Assembly (NCBI RefSeq): GCF_009557235.1
Contig: NZ_CP045650.1
Span: 1,530,001 to 1,562,000, forward strand
Source: Acinetobacter wanghuae
Lineage (GTDB): Bacteria; Pseudomonadota; Gammaproteobacteria; Pseudomonadales; Moraxellaceae
Length of the DNA: 32,000 nt
Direction of reading: 5' to 3'
In this document: positions 23,797 to 32,000 of the stretch, in pieces
Layout of the letters: each line of letters begins with the position of its first letter
Position numbering within the stretch: position 1 is the first letter of the stretch
Notes under the pieces: model-generated
The model's database searches: none
The model's input: only the letters and a program-made list of their open reading frames with translations
Told to the model about the DNA's origin: nothing
Program-made: the position numbers and the translations under genes

Positions 23797-24567
23797 TTAT
23801 TTTGCTGCCATACGAATCGCACCATCTAAACGAATGACTTCCCCATTTAAGTATGAATTTTCAATAATATGCACTACTAAGCTTGCATACTCACTAGGTT
23901 TTGCTAGGCGTGATGGAAATGGCACCATTTGTCCGAGTGAGTCTTGTACATTTTGCGGTAAACCTTTCAACATCGGGGTTTCCATAATACCGGGGGCAAT
24001 GGTCATTACACGGATTGCATTTTTTGCCAATTCACGCGCTAAAGGCAAAGTCATGGCAACCACAGCACCTTTTGATGCCGCATAAGCCGCCTGCCCAATT
24101 TGTCCATCAAAGGCAGCAACCGATGCTGTATTGATAATCACACCTCGTTCTTCTTCATCTGCTTTTAATTCATATTGCGCTATGAGTTCGGCAGCATGTC
24201 TGAGCATATTAAATGTGCCACTGACGTTAATATCAAGTGTACGTTGGAACATTGCTAAATCATGTAGTCCTTCACGTCCAAGCACTTTGGCAGAAGGTGC
24301 GATTCCCGCACAGTTAATCAAGCCATTCAATTGACCGTGAGATTGCTTTAAATTCTGAAAAAAAGCGGCAACCTCTGCTTCTTGAGTCACGTCCAACTGA
24401 TTAAATTGCGCATTTTCACCTAACTCTTGTGCCAATGCCTGACCTAACGCTTCATTCATATCCACCAAAACCACGCGTGCAGCATGCGCACATAAATAGC
24501 GTGCCGATGCTGCACCTAAACCGGAGGCCCCACCAGTGATCACAAATACTTTATTTTGAATATCCAT
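23797..24567 (-). CDS. short-chain dehydrogenase, 3-hydroxyacyl-CoA dehydrogenase type-2 (HSD10)-like
   Basis: 'VFVITGGASGLG' Rossmann motif, 'INTASVAAFDGQIGQAAYAASKGAV' (S...YxxxK) and 'NGEVIRLDGAIRM' are near-colinear with HSD17B10-type enzymes. The track start at 24582 is TTG, so the ATG at 24567 is preferred. Confidence 0.88.
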   Translation of the reverse strand: MDIQNKVFVITGGASGLGAASARYLCAHAARVVLVDMNEALGQALAQELGENAQFNQLDVTQEAEVAAFFQNLKQSHGQLNGLINCAGIAPSAKVLGREGLHDLAMFQRTLDINVSGTFNMLRHAAELIAQYELKADEEERGVIINTASVAAFDGQIGQAAYAASKGAVVAMTLPLARELAKNAIRVMTIAPGIMETPMLKGLPQNVQDSLGQMVPFPSRLAKPSEYASLVVHIIENSYLNGEVIRLDGAIRMAAK

Positions 24568-24879
24568 CTTCTCTATGTCCAAATCGCGATTTAATTCAGA
24601 CTAAACATTGCCTATTCAAGTTGCAAATAAAAGCATGACTTCGTGGTTTTTATCATTGGAGAAAAGTAAAACACTTAGACTTAAAAACGATTAATATTTC
24701 ATATTGTTATTAAGTACATATTTTACTTAGATATATTGATTTCAAGCATTATCACGAAAATAAATGAGACTTCACAGTCATCCTATATGCTTTGTATTTT
24801 GTCTTAATTTAGATTACTTTTCACTCAATTTAAAAGCATTTGCTTTGTCGTATTTTCACGCTCCTCAGAAGGTAATTCC

Positions 24880-25233
24880 ATGTCGAAGATGATTGATGTT
24901 CTTGAACACAACCTTGTTCAAAACTTTTCTAATGCTTTGCTTCATTCTACAGAGGCACTTTCTGAACAGTTACATCAAGGTATTTTGAACGCTTCTGATT
25001 CAGCATTAAAAGAAGCTGTGGTTGCTTTCTTCCACCGTATGAGTACGGATGAAGCTGCTCAGGCACTTGAAATTCCAGCTGAACGTATCGCAAATTTACA
25101 GCAAGGAATCGCTTTAAAAGATGAGCAAACCCTTGCAGATACGCTTAAAGTAGTGACACTTTGCCTTGCCATGGAAACTCATGTCTTAGATCAAGTTGAA
25201 GTATCTGACTGTTTACAAGATTACCCAATTTAA
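24880..25233 (+). CDS. hypothetical acidic protein (117 aa), monocistronic
   Basis: AGAAGG SD plus ATG, with its own terminator. 'MSTDEAAQALEIPAERIANLQQG' resembles a helix-turn-helix segment. No family recognised. Confidence 0.55.
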   Translation: MSKMIDVLEHNLVQNFSNALLHSTEALSEQLHQGILNASDSALKEAVVAFFHRMSTDEAAQALEIPAERIANLQQGIALKDEQTLADTLKVVTLCLAMETHVLDQVEVSDCLQDYPI

Positions 25234-25252
25234 GAATCATTTTATTCAATTG

Positions 25253-25281
25253 AAAGCGATGCCGATGCATCGCTTTTTTTT
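25253..25281 (+). terminator. rho-independent terminator
   Basis: aagcgatgc-cgat-gcatcgctt + ttttttt. Confidence 0.8.
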
Positions 25282-25538
25282 ATGCTGTTCCTATACTGTC
25301 CAATATGGCTTTCTAGCTTAAAAATAAGAACTTATCTAAATTTTGAATACTCATTTATAAAAATAAGCTAAGATCTAAAATACATCTCCAAATAACATTT
25401 AATTATCATTATCAACTATTTACACTCAAAATTCTCAATTATTAAAATTTAAGATGTTCTTATCTGTTTTTCTCTTTTGCATCCCCATCATGCACAGGCT
25501 ATTTATGTGCAAAATTCTTTTAATGACTTGAGAAAAAC

Positions 25539-26507
25539 ATGAAGCGAACGTTTAACACTTCAAAATTTGCCTTAGTTTCTATCTCTGTTGCTCTGTTCAG
25601 TGGCGCTACTTTCGCTGCGATTCCCGCTGAACTCAAACTCGATTATGCCTACTATGCACCGACAAGCTTAGTGGTCAAAGAACAAAAACTTCTCGAAAAA
25701 GCGTTACCTAAAACCAAAATCAAATGGGTATTCAGCCAAGGTAGCAATCGTTCACTTGAATATCTGAACAGCGGTAGTACGGACTTTGCATCAACCGCAG
25801 GATTGGCTGCCGTGTTAAGCCGTGCCAATGGTAGCCCAATTAAAACCGTATATATCCAAAGCCAACCAGAATGGACAGCATTACTGGTACACAAAGACTC
25901 GACCATTAAATCCCTCAAAGATTTAAAAGGTAAAAAGATTGCAGCGACGAAAGGGACTGATCCATTCTTATTTACCCTTCAAGCTTTGGATACAGTGGGC
26001 TTAGGGAAACGCGATGTTGAATTGGTTCATTTGCAACATCCTGACGGCAAAACAGCACTTGAACGCAAACAAGTCGATGCTTGGGCAGGTCTTGATCCAT
26101 TAATGGCATCTGCGCAAGTTCAATCAGGTGCAAAACTCCTGTATCGCAATGTCAGTTTTAATTCATATAGCGTGCTCAGTGTGAAAGATCAGTTCGCAAA
26201 GCAAAGCCCTGAAGCCATCGAAGCGGTGATTAAGGCATATGAGCAAGCGCGTCACTGGGCAAAAGAGAATCCCGGTAAATTAGCCGAACTCTTGGCACGT
26301 GAGTCTAAACTTCCTCTTGCCGTGGCAAAGCTACAAATTAGCCGTACCAATCTTGATCAGAATACCCCAAGCGCCAAACATATTGCGGCATTACAAAAAG
26401 CCGGCAAGATTTTGACTGAAGAAGATTTGGTACGTAAAGGGACCAATGTCAATCAAGTCGTGACGCAACTCTTTGATGCAAAATATGCAGCCAAGGTTGT
26501 TCAATAA
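25539..26507 (+). CDS. ABC transporter periplasmic substrate-binding protein, NitT/TauT (SsuA-like, sulfonate/nitrate/taurine) family
   Basis: 322 aa. Signal peptide 'FALVSISVALFSGATFA'. It has the SsuA/NMT1-like outline ('LKLDYAYY.P', 'SQGSNRSLEYLNSGSTDFAS', 'GKKIAATKGTD') and is followed at 2 nt by the cognate permease. Confidence 0.75.
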   Translation: MKRTFNTSKFALVSISVALFSGATFAAIPAELKLDYAYYAPTSLVVKEQKLLEKALPKTKIKWVFSQGSNRSLEYLNSGSTDFASTAGLAAVLSRANGSPIKTVYIQSQPEWTALLVHKDSTIKSLKDLKGKKIAATKGTDPFLFTLQALDTVGLGKRDVELVHLQHPDGKTALERKQVDAWAGLDPLMASAQVQSGAKLLYRNVSFNSYSVLSVKDQFAKQSPEAIEAVIKAYEQARHWAKENPGKLAELLARESKLPLAVAKLQISRTNLDQNTPSAKHIAALQKAGKILTEEDLVRKGTNVNQVVTQLFDAKYAAKVVQ

Positions 26508-26509
26508 CA

Positions 26510-27337
26510 ATGAGCCTGTCAGAAAAAATATCGAAACAACTGGTTCTAGATGCACAGCAAAAATCTGCCGTGCCTTCTAAAATCATTTCAGTGCTGAAGG
26601 CGTTAACACTACCCTGTATTTTAATTGTTTTATGCGAAATACTGGTTCGTAATGGCACAATTGAACCTTATTTACTGCCTGCACCGAGTAGCTTATTACA
26701 ATCCTTTAAGGAGCTGCTTGAAGCGGATCTGTGGCAACATATTTGGGCAAGCAGTTGGCGTGTGTTTCTCGGTTTTGCTATTGGCAGTGGCCTAGGCTTA
26801 ATCTTTGCCATTTTGGTCGGTTTAAATAAACAAGCAGAAGCATTTCTTGAACCGAGTTTTTCTGCAATTAAATCTATTCCAAGTTTGGCATGGATTCCGC
26901 TTTTGTTACTTTGGCTTGGGATTGATGAATCTTCAAAAATCACTCTGATTGCGATTGGTGCATTCTTTCCAACCTATACCAATACCGTTGCCGCGATTCA
27001 GGGCGTTGACCGTAAACTGATTGAAGTCGCTAAAGTCTATCGCTTGAAATATTGGCAACAGATTCAACAGATTGTATTGCCTGCGGCATCACCGGGCATT
27101 TTAACGGGTTTACGTAACAGCCTGAGTTTGTCTTGGATGTTTATGATTGCAGCCGAACTGATTGCAGCAACGCAAGGAATTGGTTATTTACTCAGTGATG
27201 GTCGCGAAACTTCACGTCCTGATATTGTCATTATTGCGATTATTCTCTTGGCTATTTTAGGTAAGCTCACCGACAGTTTAGTCAAAATATTGGAAGTGTA
27301 TTTACTGCGTTGGCGTGATGTCATTAAACCTAAGTAA
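26510..27337 (+). CDS. ABC transporter permease, NitT/TauT (SsuC-like) family
   Basis: 275 aa with about 6 TM helices. The 'IKSIPSLAWIPLLLLWLG' and 'ELIAATQGIGYLL' regions are typical of this permease family. Confidence 0.8.
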   Translation: MSLSEKISKQLVLDAQQKSAVPSKIISVLKALTLPCILIVLCEILVRNGTIEPYLLPAPSSLLQSFKELLEADLWQHIWASSWRVFLGFAIGSGLGLIFAILVGLNKQAEAFLEPSFSAIKSIPSLAWIPLLLLWLGIDESSKITLIAIGAFFPTYTNTVAAIQGVDRKLIEVAKVYRLKYWQQIQQIVLPAASPGILTGLRNSLSLSWMFMIAAELIAATQGIGYLLSDGRETSRPDIVIIAIILLAILGKLTDSLVKILEVYLLRWRDVIKPK

Positions 27338-27371
27338 TCACGACTTATCTTAATTTCAAAATCTAAGCCAC

Positions 27372-27401
27372 AAAAAAGCGACCACTTGGGTCGCTTTTTT
27401 T
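27372..27401. terminator. bidirectional rho-independent terminator (permease / prmC)
   Basis: aaaaaagcgacc-acttg-ggtcgcttttttt. Confidence 0.8.
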
Positions 27402-27416
27402 ACATCTACATAAAAA

Positions 27417-28235
27417 TTAATGTGGCCACTGCGCAAGCGTTACGCGATCATTACCGCCATAATCTTTAACCGTGCGGACTTGTTTATAACCCGCTTGTCT
27501 AAACAAGTGCTGTACGGCATCTGCCTGATCATAACCATGTTCTAACACCACCCAACCATTGATAGTTAAATGTTTTTTGGCTTGAACGATAATATCTTCT
27601 AAGTCCGCCAAACCATGTTTATCCGCCACCAATGCACGCTTTGGCTCAGTTGCCAAATTTTTCATATGCGCATCGTCTGGATCGATATATGGCGGGTTTG
27701 ACGCAATCACATCAAAGAATTGACGACCATAAGGTTTCAGCCATGAACCTTGAATAAACTGAACATTTTCAATGTCGTGCTGTTCGGCATTATACTCAGC
27801 CACTTCAAGCGTGGGTGCATAAATATCGGATGCCGTAATCACCCAATTTGGACGCTCTGAGGCAAGTGACAATGCAATTGCACCTGTTCCTGTGCCTAAG
27901 TCTGCTACACGAGCATCTTGAGGCAAATCAAGTTTCAATACCGTTTCGACCAACACTTCAGTATCTGGGCGCGGCACCAAAGTGTCTTTGGTCACTTTTA
28001 AATCCAACGTCCAAAATGGCTGTGAACCTGTGACATAAGCCAAAGGTTCACCCTCTGCAATACGGTTCAAACCATCAACATAAGCTTGTTCTTGTTCAGC
28101 AGTGAGCTCTTTGTCTTTTTTCATGACCAAATCGAATGAATCAATTTTGGTGATGTGTTCAAGTAGCCATGCATTTTCTTGACGTTCGTAGCTTTCGGGT
28201 TCACCACGTAAGGCTAAAGCCTGTGCAATATTCAT
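27417..28235 (-). CDS. prmC: release factor glutamine N5-methyltransferase PrmC (HemK)
   Basis: 'ADLGTGTGAIAL' SAM motif and 'ASNPPYI' (NPPY). The start overlaps the prfA stop by 1 nt (TAATG). Confidence 0.9.
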   Translation of the reverse strand: MNIAQALALRGEPESYERQENAWLLEHITKIDSFDLVMKKDKELTAEQEQAYVDGLNRIAEGEPLAYVTGSQPFWTLDLKVTKDTLVPRPDTEVLVETVLKLDLPQDARVADLGTGTGAIALSLASERPNWVITASDIYAPTLEVAEYNAEQHDIENVQFIQGSWLKPYGRQFFDVIASNPPYIDPDDAHMKNLATEPKRALVADKHGLADLEDIIVQAKKHLTINGWVVLEHGYDQADAVQHLFRQAGYKQVRTVKDYGGNDRVTLAQWPH

Positions 28236-29323
28236 TATCCACCATTCTGCTGTGCAAGCATGGCCAATTGGTCGGCTTGATATTCACGATGTAAGCTATC
28301 TAAAAGCTCAGTCAAATCACCTTCCATCACCGCATCTAACTTATACAAGGTTAAGTTAATACGATGATCTGTCATACGACCTTGCGGATAGTTATAAGTA
28401 CGAATTCGCTCTGAACGATCCCCTGAACCGACTAAGTCACGACGCATTTCCGAAGTCGCAGCATCAGCAGCTGCACGTTTGGCATTTTCTAAACGTGATA
28501 CCAACAACGCCATGGCTTTGGCTTTGTTCTTATGCTGTGAACGCTCATCCTGACATTCCACGACAGTACCCGTTGGAATGTGCGTAATACGAACAGCCGA
28601 ATCGGTTTTGTTAATGTGCTGACCACCCGCGCCTGAGGCACGGTAAGTATCAATACGTAAATCAGATGAATTGATTTCAACCGAAGTATCCACATCCACT
28701 TCTGGCAAAATTGCCACCGTACATGCAGAGGTATGAACACGACCTTGTGATTCAGTTGCGGGCACACGTTGGACACGATGCGCACCACTTTCGAATTTTA
28801 AGCGACCGTAAACCCCTTCACCATTAATGAGGCAAATGACTTCTTTATAACCGCCGTGCTCGCCTTCATTTTCAGACAAAATTTCAAGACGCCAGCCTTG
28901 TGACTCCGCATATTTACTATACATGCGGTATAAATCACCCGAGAAGATCGCTGCTTCATCACCACCCGTTCCAGCACGAATCTCTAAATAAGCAGAGTTG
29001 GCATCGTTCGGATCTTTTGGAATCATCAAGATATTCAAGTCAGCTTCTAAAGCTGTAATTAAGGCTTTATTTTCTTGAATTTCTTCCTGCGCCATTTCCT
29101 TAAAATCAGGGTCAGACAACATCGCTTCAGCGGTTTCAATATCCGCTTCTGCTTGCGTATATTGACGCCAAACATTGGTAATTTCAGTCAAATCACTATG
29201 TTCACGCGATAACTGACGGAAGCGTTTATTATCGGAAATGACTTCCATATCAGCCAAAAGCGCGTTTAATTCTTCGTGACGGTCGGAGAGTTGGTCTAAT
29301 CGTAATCTTAACGATTCTTTCAT
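28235..29323 (-). CDS. prfA: peptide chain release factor 1
   Basis: 362 aa. It carries the RF1-specific 'PAT' tripeptide ('RVPATES') and '[19 protein letters not shown]' (GGQ). Confidence 0.95.
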   Translation of the reverse strand: MKESLRLRLDQLSDRHEELNALLADMEVISDNKRFRQLSREHSDLTEITNVWRQYTQAEADIETAEAMLSDPDFKEMAQEEIQENKALITALEADLNILMIPKDPNDANSAYLEIRAGTGGDEAAIFSGDLYRMYSKYAESQGWRLEILSENEGEHGGYKEVICLINGEGVYGRLKFESGAHRVQRVPATESQGRVHTSACTVAILPEVDVDTSVEINSSDLRIDTYRASGAGGQHINKTDSAVRITHIPTGTVVECQDERSQHKNKAKAMALLVSRLENAKRAAADAATSEMRRDLVGSGDRSERIRTYNYPQGRMTDHRINLTLYKLDAVMEGDLTELLDSLHREYQADQLAMLAQQNGG

Positions 29324-29664
29324 TTTTCAAAAAATCTCAAACAAAGGCTATGGCTAAAAGGGTTTTAGCACAGCGAAATCAAAATATTGTGCCTAGTTTA
29401 ACGATTATGCAGCCTAATGAACATCATTATTCAATACATTCCAATATTCGAATTCTATAAGAATCAGGATGTGCTAGATTAGATATCCATTTGTTTAATT
29501 TGTCTATTTTTAATGCAAATTCATCCTTATTTGTTCCTTATTTTACAATTCGCCTAAATAATTTAGGAAATGTGGAGATTGATCTACACATTATGCCGTC
29601 CATCCTTTGTTAGATTAAGCACAACGAAATACAACCAGTTCGAAACTGAACATGGAGATATAAC

Positions 29665-30090
29665 ATGAAATTAAATTCTATATTATTAAGTTCCGCTTTG
29701 GCTGTGGGTTCAATGCTTGGCGTTAGCGCGCATGCAGATAGCACAACACGTGTTGCTGCTGCGAGTGCTTTAGGCAGTGTTGCAGGGACTGCTTTAGGTA
29801 AAAATATGGGTGGCAATACAGGTGCAACCATTGGTGCTGCACTTGGTGGCGCTGGTGGTGCAGCTGTTGCAAGCAACAAGAAAAACCGTACAGAGTCTGC
29901 AATTGGTGGGGCTTTAGGTGGTGGTGCGGGTTATACCGTAGGTAAGAATATGGGCGGTACCAATGGTGGTTATATCGGTTCTGCACTTGGTGCTGCCGGT
30001 GGTGCTGCACTCGGTAATAAAATCTCTAAAGATAAAGCTGCAGATAAAGCAAAATCACGTCACTATAAGAAAAAACGTCGTTACCACTAA
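29665..30090 (+). CDS. secreted double glycine-zipper protein with a Lys/Arg-rich C-terminal tail (paralog 1)
   Basis: GGAG lies 7 nt before the ATG. Sec signal 'MKLNSILLSSALAVGSMLGVSAHA|D' with no lipobox Cys. There are two GxxxG-rich modules, and the tail is 'KDKAADKAKSRHYKKKRRYH'. Confidence 0.7.
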   Translation: MKLNSILLSSALAVGSMLGVSAHADSTTRVAAASALGSVAGTALGKNMGGNTGATIGAALGGAGGAAVASNKKNRTESAIGGALGGGAGYTVGKNMGGTNGGYIGSALGAAGGAALGNKISKDKAADKAKSRHYKKKRRYH

Positions 30091-30123
30091 GTTTGAAATA
30101 TTCGACGCACTACATTTGACATT

Positions 30124-30148
30124 TAAAGCACCTTCGGGTGCTTTTTCA
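30124..30148 (+). terminator. rho-independent terminator (TTCG loop)
   Basis: aaagcacc-ttcg-ggtgcttttt. Confidence 0.8.
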
Positions 30149-30336
30149 ATTTAAATTAACACACTTAAATTCACATACGTAATGACGAAATCGATCGCCT
30201 TTTTAATAGAAAAGGCATTATGAATAAAATAAGTAGAAAAAAACACAATTGAAAAACACAGCATCCATGATGGTTTTTGAATGATTGCTTACATTAATGA
30301 CATGAACCAATAAATACTTCTTTGGGAGTTTTAAAA

Positions 30337-30786
30337 ATGAAAATGAAATCTTTTTTATGTGCAGCAGCCTTAGCAACAACAGCCTTAACAGGCACAGCGT
30401 ATGCAGGGAATAGCACTAATGTTGCCTTAACGTCTGCCTTAGGCGGTGTCGTTGGTGCAGCCATTGGTCAAAAGATGGGTGGCTCTACAGGTGCAATGAT
30501 TGGTTCAGCAGTCGGTGGTGCGGGCGGTGCAGCAGCATCTGCCAATAAACGTGACCGTAATGCTGCCGCGATTGGCGCTGCATTAGGTGGCGTGGGTGGT
30601 TATACCGTCGGTAAAAATGTTGCGGGTACCACAGGTGGTTATGCAGGTGCAGCATTGGGTTCAGCGGGTGGTTCAGTTTTAGGTAAAAACGTCGCTGAAG
30701 ACCGTCGTTATAATGACCGCAATGAACGTTATGACCGTCGCTATAATCGTAACAATGGTTATTACAATTCACGTGGTCGTCGTTAA
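30337..30786 (+). CDS. secreted double glycine-zipper protein with an Arg/Tyr/Asn-rich C-terminal tail (paralog 2)
   Basis: The track start at 30322 is TTG and contains the SD (GGGAG). The ATG at 30337 lies 8 nt downstream of it. Signal 'MKMKSFLCAAALATTALTGTAYA|G'. It is colinear with paralog 1. The tail is 'EDRRYNDRNERYDRRYNRNNGYYNSRGRR'. Confidence 0.7.
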   Translation: MKMKSFLCAAALATTALTGTAYAGNSTNVALTSALGGVVGAAIGQKMGGSTGAMIGSAVGGAGGAAASANKRDRNAAAIGAALGGVGGYTVGKNVAGTTGGYAGAALGSAGGSVLGKNVAEDRRYNDRNERYDRRYNRNNGYYNSRGRR

Positions 30787-30817
30787 GTTATTATTTTTTA
30801 AAACCCATTCTCCTTTT

Positions 30818-30844
30818 AAGCATCTTCGGATGCTTATTTTTTTG
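30818..30844 (+). terminator. rho-independent terminator (TTCG loop)
   Basis: aagcatc-ttcg-gatgctt + attttttt. Confidence 0.8.
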
Positions 30845-30932
30845 TGTGAGTTATTTATATATCGCATTTTATCGATATACAAAAAACGCTGAAAGTCGTA
30901 TGCTCTATTCATTGTCTTAAAATGGATTGATC

Positions 30933-31937
30933 ATGCGCACTCTCGCTGAAACTCAATTTTCTATCTTAGAATTAGTGCCTGTTCGTGATGATAAAAGCAT
31001 TCATTTCGCTTTACAGCATGCTCTAGAACTCGCACAAACAGCAGAAAAACTTGGCTATAGCCGTATGTGGTTAGCAGAACACCATAATATGGATGGTATT
31101 GCGAGTTCAGCAACCGCTGTTCTTTTGGGTTATTTATTAGCAAACACTCAAACCATTAAAGTCGGTTCTGGCGGCATTATGCTCCCGAATCACGCACCTT
31201 TGGTCGTGGCAGAACAATTTGGTACGCTTGCAACCTTATATCCTGACCGTATTGAACTTGGTTTAGGTCGTGCACCCGGTACAGACCAACATACCATGCG
31301 TGCATTACGTCGCGGTCAGCGTGAAACTGAAGATCAATTCCCACGAGATGTGGTGGAAATTCTACAATACTTTAATGATCCAATGCCGCAACAACGCATT
31401 ATTGCAACTCCGGGGCAAAGTACACATGTGCCTGTGTGGTTACTTGGCTCAAGTCTATTCAGCGCGCAACTTGCCGCAAAACTTGGTTTACCCTACTCCT
31501 TTGCTTCTCATTTTGCACCGCGTATGCTCGGTCAAGCCATTCAATTGTATCGTGAGAACTTCGAACCTTCTGAATATTTAGATCGCCCTTATGTATCTAT
31601 GGGTGTGCCCACTTGCGTAGCAGACAGTGATGAAGAAGCTGCATTTTTAGCAACCAGTGCTTATCAACGTGTGCTTTCTCTTATTCGCGGTCATACTTTA
31701 AAATTAAAAGCACCCATTGACTCGATGGATGGTCTTTGGTCATCTGCAGAGAAAATGTCAGTCGATAATTTCTTTGCGATGGCACAAGTCGGCTCTAAGG
31801 AAACAGTGAAAGCCGGACTAGAAACACTCTTAGCGAAATATGATGTTGATGAGTTTATTTTCACTTGCGATATTTATGATACTGAAAAACGCTTAAATAA
31901 CTTTAACTTACTTATGCAAATTAAAAATTCCGTATAG
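30933..31937 (+). CDS. LLM-class (luciferase-like) flavin-dependent oxidoreductase, YhbW-like
   Basis: 'FSILELVPV...[31 protein letters not shown]', '[42 protein letters not shown]' and '[29 protein letters not shown]' are near-colinear with E. coli YhbW as I recall it. The track start at 30927 is TTG, so the ATG at 30933 is preferred. Confidence 0.85.
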   Translation: MRTLAETQFSILELVPVRDDKSIHFALQHALELAQTAEKLGYSRMWLAEHHNMDGIASSATAVLLGYLLANTQTIKVGSGGIMLPNHAPLVVAEQFGTLATLYPDRIELGLGRAPGTDQHTMRALRRGQRETEDQFPRDVVEILQYFNDPMPQQRIIATPGQSTHVPVWLLGSSLFSAQLAAKLGLPYSFASHFAPRMLGQAIQLYRENFEPSEYLDRPYVSMGVPTCVADSDEEAAFLATSAYQRVLSLIRGHTLKLKAPIDSMDGLWSSAEKMSVDNFFAMAQVGSKETVKAGLETLLAKYDVDEFIFTCDIYDTEKRLNNFNLLMQIKNSV

Positions 31938-31954
31938 ACAATGTCATGCCATTT

Positions 31955-31978
31955 AGCCCACATGATGTGGGCTTTTTC
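31955..31978 (+). terminator. rho-independent terminator
   Basis: agcccac-atgat-gtgggct + ttttt. Confidence 0.75.
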
Positions 31979-32000
31979 CTTTTGTTATTGCTTTAAAATT

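Noticed and set aside
28489-28788. 99-aa minus-strand ORF inside prfA
   Set aside because: It is an alternative frame of the highly conserved RF1 coding sequence.
29352-29462. 36-codon + ORF (MAKRVLAQRNQNIV...) in the prfA upstream spacer
   Set aside because: It has only a weak AAAGG 2-3 nt from the ATG, no terminator and no recognisable product. It is probably chance in AT-rich DNA.
29610-30772. Minus-strand ORFs (89-95 aa; 29610..29879, 29723..30010, 30485..30772) and the + ORF 29963..30154 overlapping the glycine-zipper genes
   Set aside because: The GGN/GCN codon periodicity of the glycine/alanine-rich genes keeps the other frames open. The + strand genes have an SD, signal peptides, paralog conservation at the protein level and terminators. 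The antisense translations (His/Gln/Pro-rich) have none of these.
1-32000. Search by eye for CRISPR arrays, IS/transposase or integrase genes, rRNA/tRNA genes, prophage blocks and toxin-antitoxin pairs
   Set aside because: I found no regularly spaced direct repeats, no transposase- or integrase-like ORFs, no terminal inverted repeats bracketing a segment and no structured RNA genes. The only repeats are those listed above: the MAKQ module, the REP-like pair, short promoter-region repeats and the glycine-zipper paralogs.

Overview
The window looks like a chromosomal segment of an Acinetobacter-type (Moraxellaceae) gammaproteobacterium. This is inferred from gene content, AT-rich usage (about 40% G+C by eye) and 'GGGAGG/CCCTCC' REP-like palindromes. 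Most of it is conserved housekeeping. In order: a truncated membrane-protein 3' end, a small membrane protein, a 4-TM protein, an alpha/beta hydrolase, gltS(-), an AT-rich accessory islet (~4.14-5.9 kb), and acnB(-). Then come three small hypothetical or lipoprotein genes(-), tamB-tamA(-), an LplT-like MFS transporter plus coq7(+), a DUF2799-like lipoprotein(-), and folB plus a divergent HPPK-like gene(-). Next are an ABC1/UbiB-family kinase(-), a PNPOx-like general stress protein(+), an HSD10-like SDR(-), an orphan 117-aa protein(+), and an SsuA/SsuC-like binding protein plus permease with no ATPase(+). The window ends with prfA-prmC(-), two tandem paralogous secreted glycine-zipper proteins(+), and a YhbW-like LLM oxidoreductase(+). 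I saw no rRNA, tRNA, CRISPR array, IS element or integrase. The best candidate for something undescribed is the islet between gltS and acnB. It holds an intact 262-aa protein (2 TM helices, coiled coil, winged-helix-like C-terminus) and a 73-aa protein. The first 21 codons of that 73-aa gene are duplicated about 500 nt away with almost purely synonymous divergence, and gene debris lies between the copies. I recognise no family for these proteins, so any functional reading (defence/abortive infection or membrane-tethered regulator) is inference. The secondary point of interest is the glycine-zipper gene pair. All family calls come from motif recall and not from searches. The ORF track also uses TTG and GTG as starts, so several starts were re-evaluated against Shine-Dalgarno (SD) spacing.
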